64,000 nt of DNA, taken from Octopus vulgaris (taxonomy: Eukaryota). The notes below the pieces were generated by a model, which made no database searches, had not been told where the DNA came from, and saw nothing but the letters and a program-made list of their open reading frames with translations. Shown in pieces: positions 61,879 through 64,000 of the stretch. The position numbers and the translations under genes were made by a program. Location: contig OX597831.1 in assembly GCA_951406725.2 (NCBI GenBank), positions 1,674,001-1,738,000 on the forward strand, read 5' to 3'. Within the stretch, counting starts at the first letter, position 1. Each line of letters opens with the position of its first letter.

Positions 61879-62789
61879 TACACAGAGGCTTTCTTACACC
61901 CTGGCTGCTGCTGCTGCTATTATTTCTTATTCTGTTATTGTGTAATATATATTAATATTGGTTGTATTGTCCCATTATCTTGCTGTTTGTCTGTCTCTTT
62001 CTCTCACTTTAAATCTCTCTTTAAATCCTGAAGTAGGTCAAGATATCTTGACCTAGAGATCTTGTTGCTATAATTGCTACACCATTAAGCTATTAGACAG
62101 AGATAGGCAAGCATTTTTGGGGGAAATAATAATAACGATGATGATGAGGAGGAGGAGGAGGATAATGATTTTTCATTGGCCACAGGGCCCTGGAAATGTT
62201 AGGGACACTCCAAAGGCGAAATATTATACATAGAATAACAAAAAAAAAAAAAAAGGGGGATTTACATCAAGTAAAAAGGAGAGATGAGGAAAACAATAAA
62301 TACATTAATAAATGGTGATAATAATAATCATAATAATAAGGATAAAAGTAAAGATTTTTTTTTATTTTATACATGATTTGTTTTATTGCCATAAGCTGAA
62401 GGATTACAGGCAGAGGCTTGGTGCTTTTACAAGGACAAATTACAAAAACAGGTGGGTGTGACATGGAATATGACACTATTAATGTGGGAAAATAAACAAA
62501 TAAATAAACGAATGATGTATAATAGATGTTCTTTTTGTTTATTTTGTAAAATCTTTTAGTCTGGAGGGAAGACAGTGCCTGCGACTTCTTACATATTTCT
62601 GAAAATGGTGGGAAGGAGGCAGGGAAGATGTTATCCTCAAACTAGTGATCTGGCTCATATTCTTGCAATAGAGTGGGGTTGACTAAAGATATCCAAGGTG
62701 TCAGGTTAAGTCTATCTTCTCATGTAGGTCATGGATGGATATGAACTCAAAACACAAAGAGCTAAAGAAAATACTGCAAAGAATCTGTT

Positions 62790-62979
62790 TTAACCCTTTA
62801 AGCATTTAAACCAGCCATATCCATCCCAAATACCTGTTTTATGTTCAAACTGGTCGGGTCTTGCCTCTCACACCTATCCAACAATGCCATTCTAAAAATA
62901 AACACTCAAATCTTTGAAGTCTGGAAGCCATGAGATAATGCAAGATTAATTCAAAGCAATATGAATGTTAAATAGTTAA
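62790..62979 (-). mobile_element. MITE family 2
   Basis: TTAACCCTTTAAGCATTTAAACCAGCCATATCC... Confidence 0.7.
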
Positions 62980-63324
62980 TATTTTTAAAGTTCCTCTAAT
63001 CCACCGTCCTTGATTGGTACTTATTTAATTGACTCCTGAAAGGATGAGAAATATAATTGACCCCAGCAGGATTTGAACTCAGAGTGCAGAGACCCTGAAT
63101 GATTACCATAAAGCAATCTGTCCATCATTCTAAAGACTGACTCAGCAAATTGGTTGTCTTGTAGGGGCAAGGTTGCAAAAATAAAATCAAATGAAATGCA
63201 AAGTGATGGTTTGTTTGCACATTATGCTGTACAAAATATAGTAATATCCCAAGAGGAAGACTGTTGTCTTGGAGGTTATAAGTGGGGCTATCAAGGAACC
63301 ATCACATCTAGGATTATTTTGCAT

Positions 63325-63545
63325 ATTGGTTTTAAATTTTGGCACATGGCCAGCAATTTTAGGGGCGGGGGGGTGTAAATTGATTACATCAACCCCAGTG
63401 TTCAACTGGTGCTTATTTTGTTGACCCCCCTCCCCCCCAAAGGGTGAAAGGCAAATTTGACCTCAGCAGAATTTGAACTCAGTACATAAGTCAGACGAAA
63501 AACCATTTTGCTTGGCATGCTAACAATCCTTCCAGCTTGTTGCCA
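63325..63545 (-). mobile_element. SINE family B, older copy
   Basis: GAAAGGCAAATTTGACCTCAGCAGAATTTGAACTCAG. Confidence 0.75.
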
Positions 63546-64000
63546 TAGGATTACTTTGCAATCGGTAGGTAAAGAGTTCTCTTCCAACAGTCATTCATCA
63601 GTCTGCAGGCACATGCTGAAACTAATTCCATTCACTCAAACCTTGTTTACTACTCTCATTCACCTTTCAACAAATTAATTGGATGAAGGGCAACACCTTT
63701 CTCTCAGTGGGACTTCGAAATATCAATGAAGTCTTAACCAAAGAAGAATGTTTCAATCTTCATTCTTTTCGTCTACCACACAATATCTTCCATTTTAGCT
63801 AGCAGACAGAGGAAAACTTTCTGCCTTTCCCAACTAAAGGAAGGTAGCAGGATAATCTTCATGTTGAACTCAGCTAGTAACTAGATCTGCCTTACTTGTT
63901 AAAACAAGTGTCTGACAAAATTATAATAATGCTTTCTTTTCTTGCCACAAGGTTAAAGGATAGGGTGTTCTAAGAGGGTAAAGTATAAATTGGTCATGCA

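Noticed and set aside
238-63587. ORF-track entries as host genes
   Set aside because: They are short, low-complexity (YIYI, HTHT, VCVC) or recur in SINE copies. The only recognisable peptides belong to transposable elements.

Overview
AT-rich, microsatellite-dense eukaryotic non-coding DNA (large intron or intergenic region). The SINE repertoire looks like that of an Octopus-type cephalopod genome; this is an inference from recalled families, not a database result. No host protein-coding exon, tRNA/rRNA gene or CRISPR array is supportable, and the supplied ORFs are repeat-derived. The window is a dense, often nested mosaic. It holds at least four SINE families, fragments of CR1, RTE and R4/Dong-type LINEs, and a Tc1/mariner transposase end. 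It also holds two abundant TTAA/piggyBac-type MITE families, Helitron/Helentron non-autonomous elements, a homogeneous 16x89-bp tandem array and a 539-bp tandem duplication. The most interesting signal is seven minimal hammerhead-ribozyme motifs from about five unrelated sequence families. They sit in short ORF-less Penelope-like/retrozyme-like elements, most abutting (TA)n tracts, several of which are tracts carried inside a SINE. Long inverted repeats accompany them. Coordinates were counted by eye, and boundaries of decayed elements are approximate.
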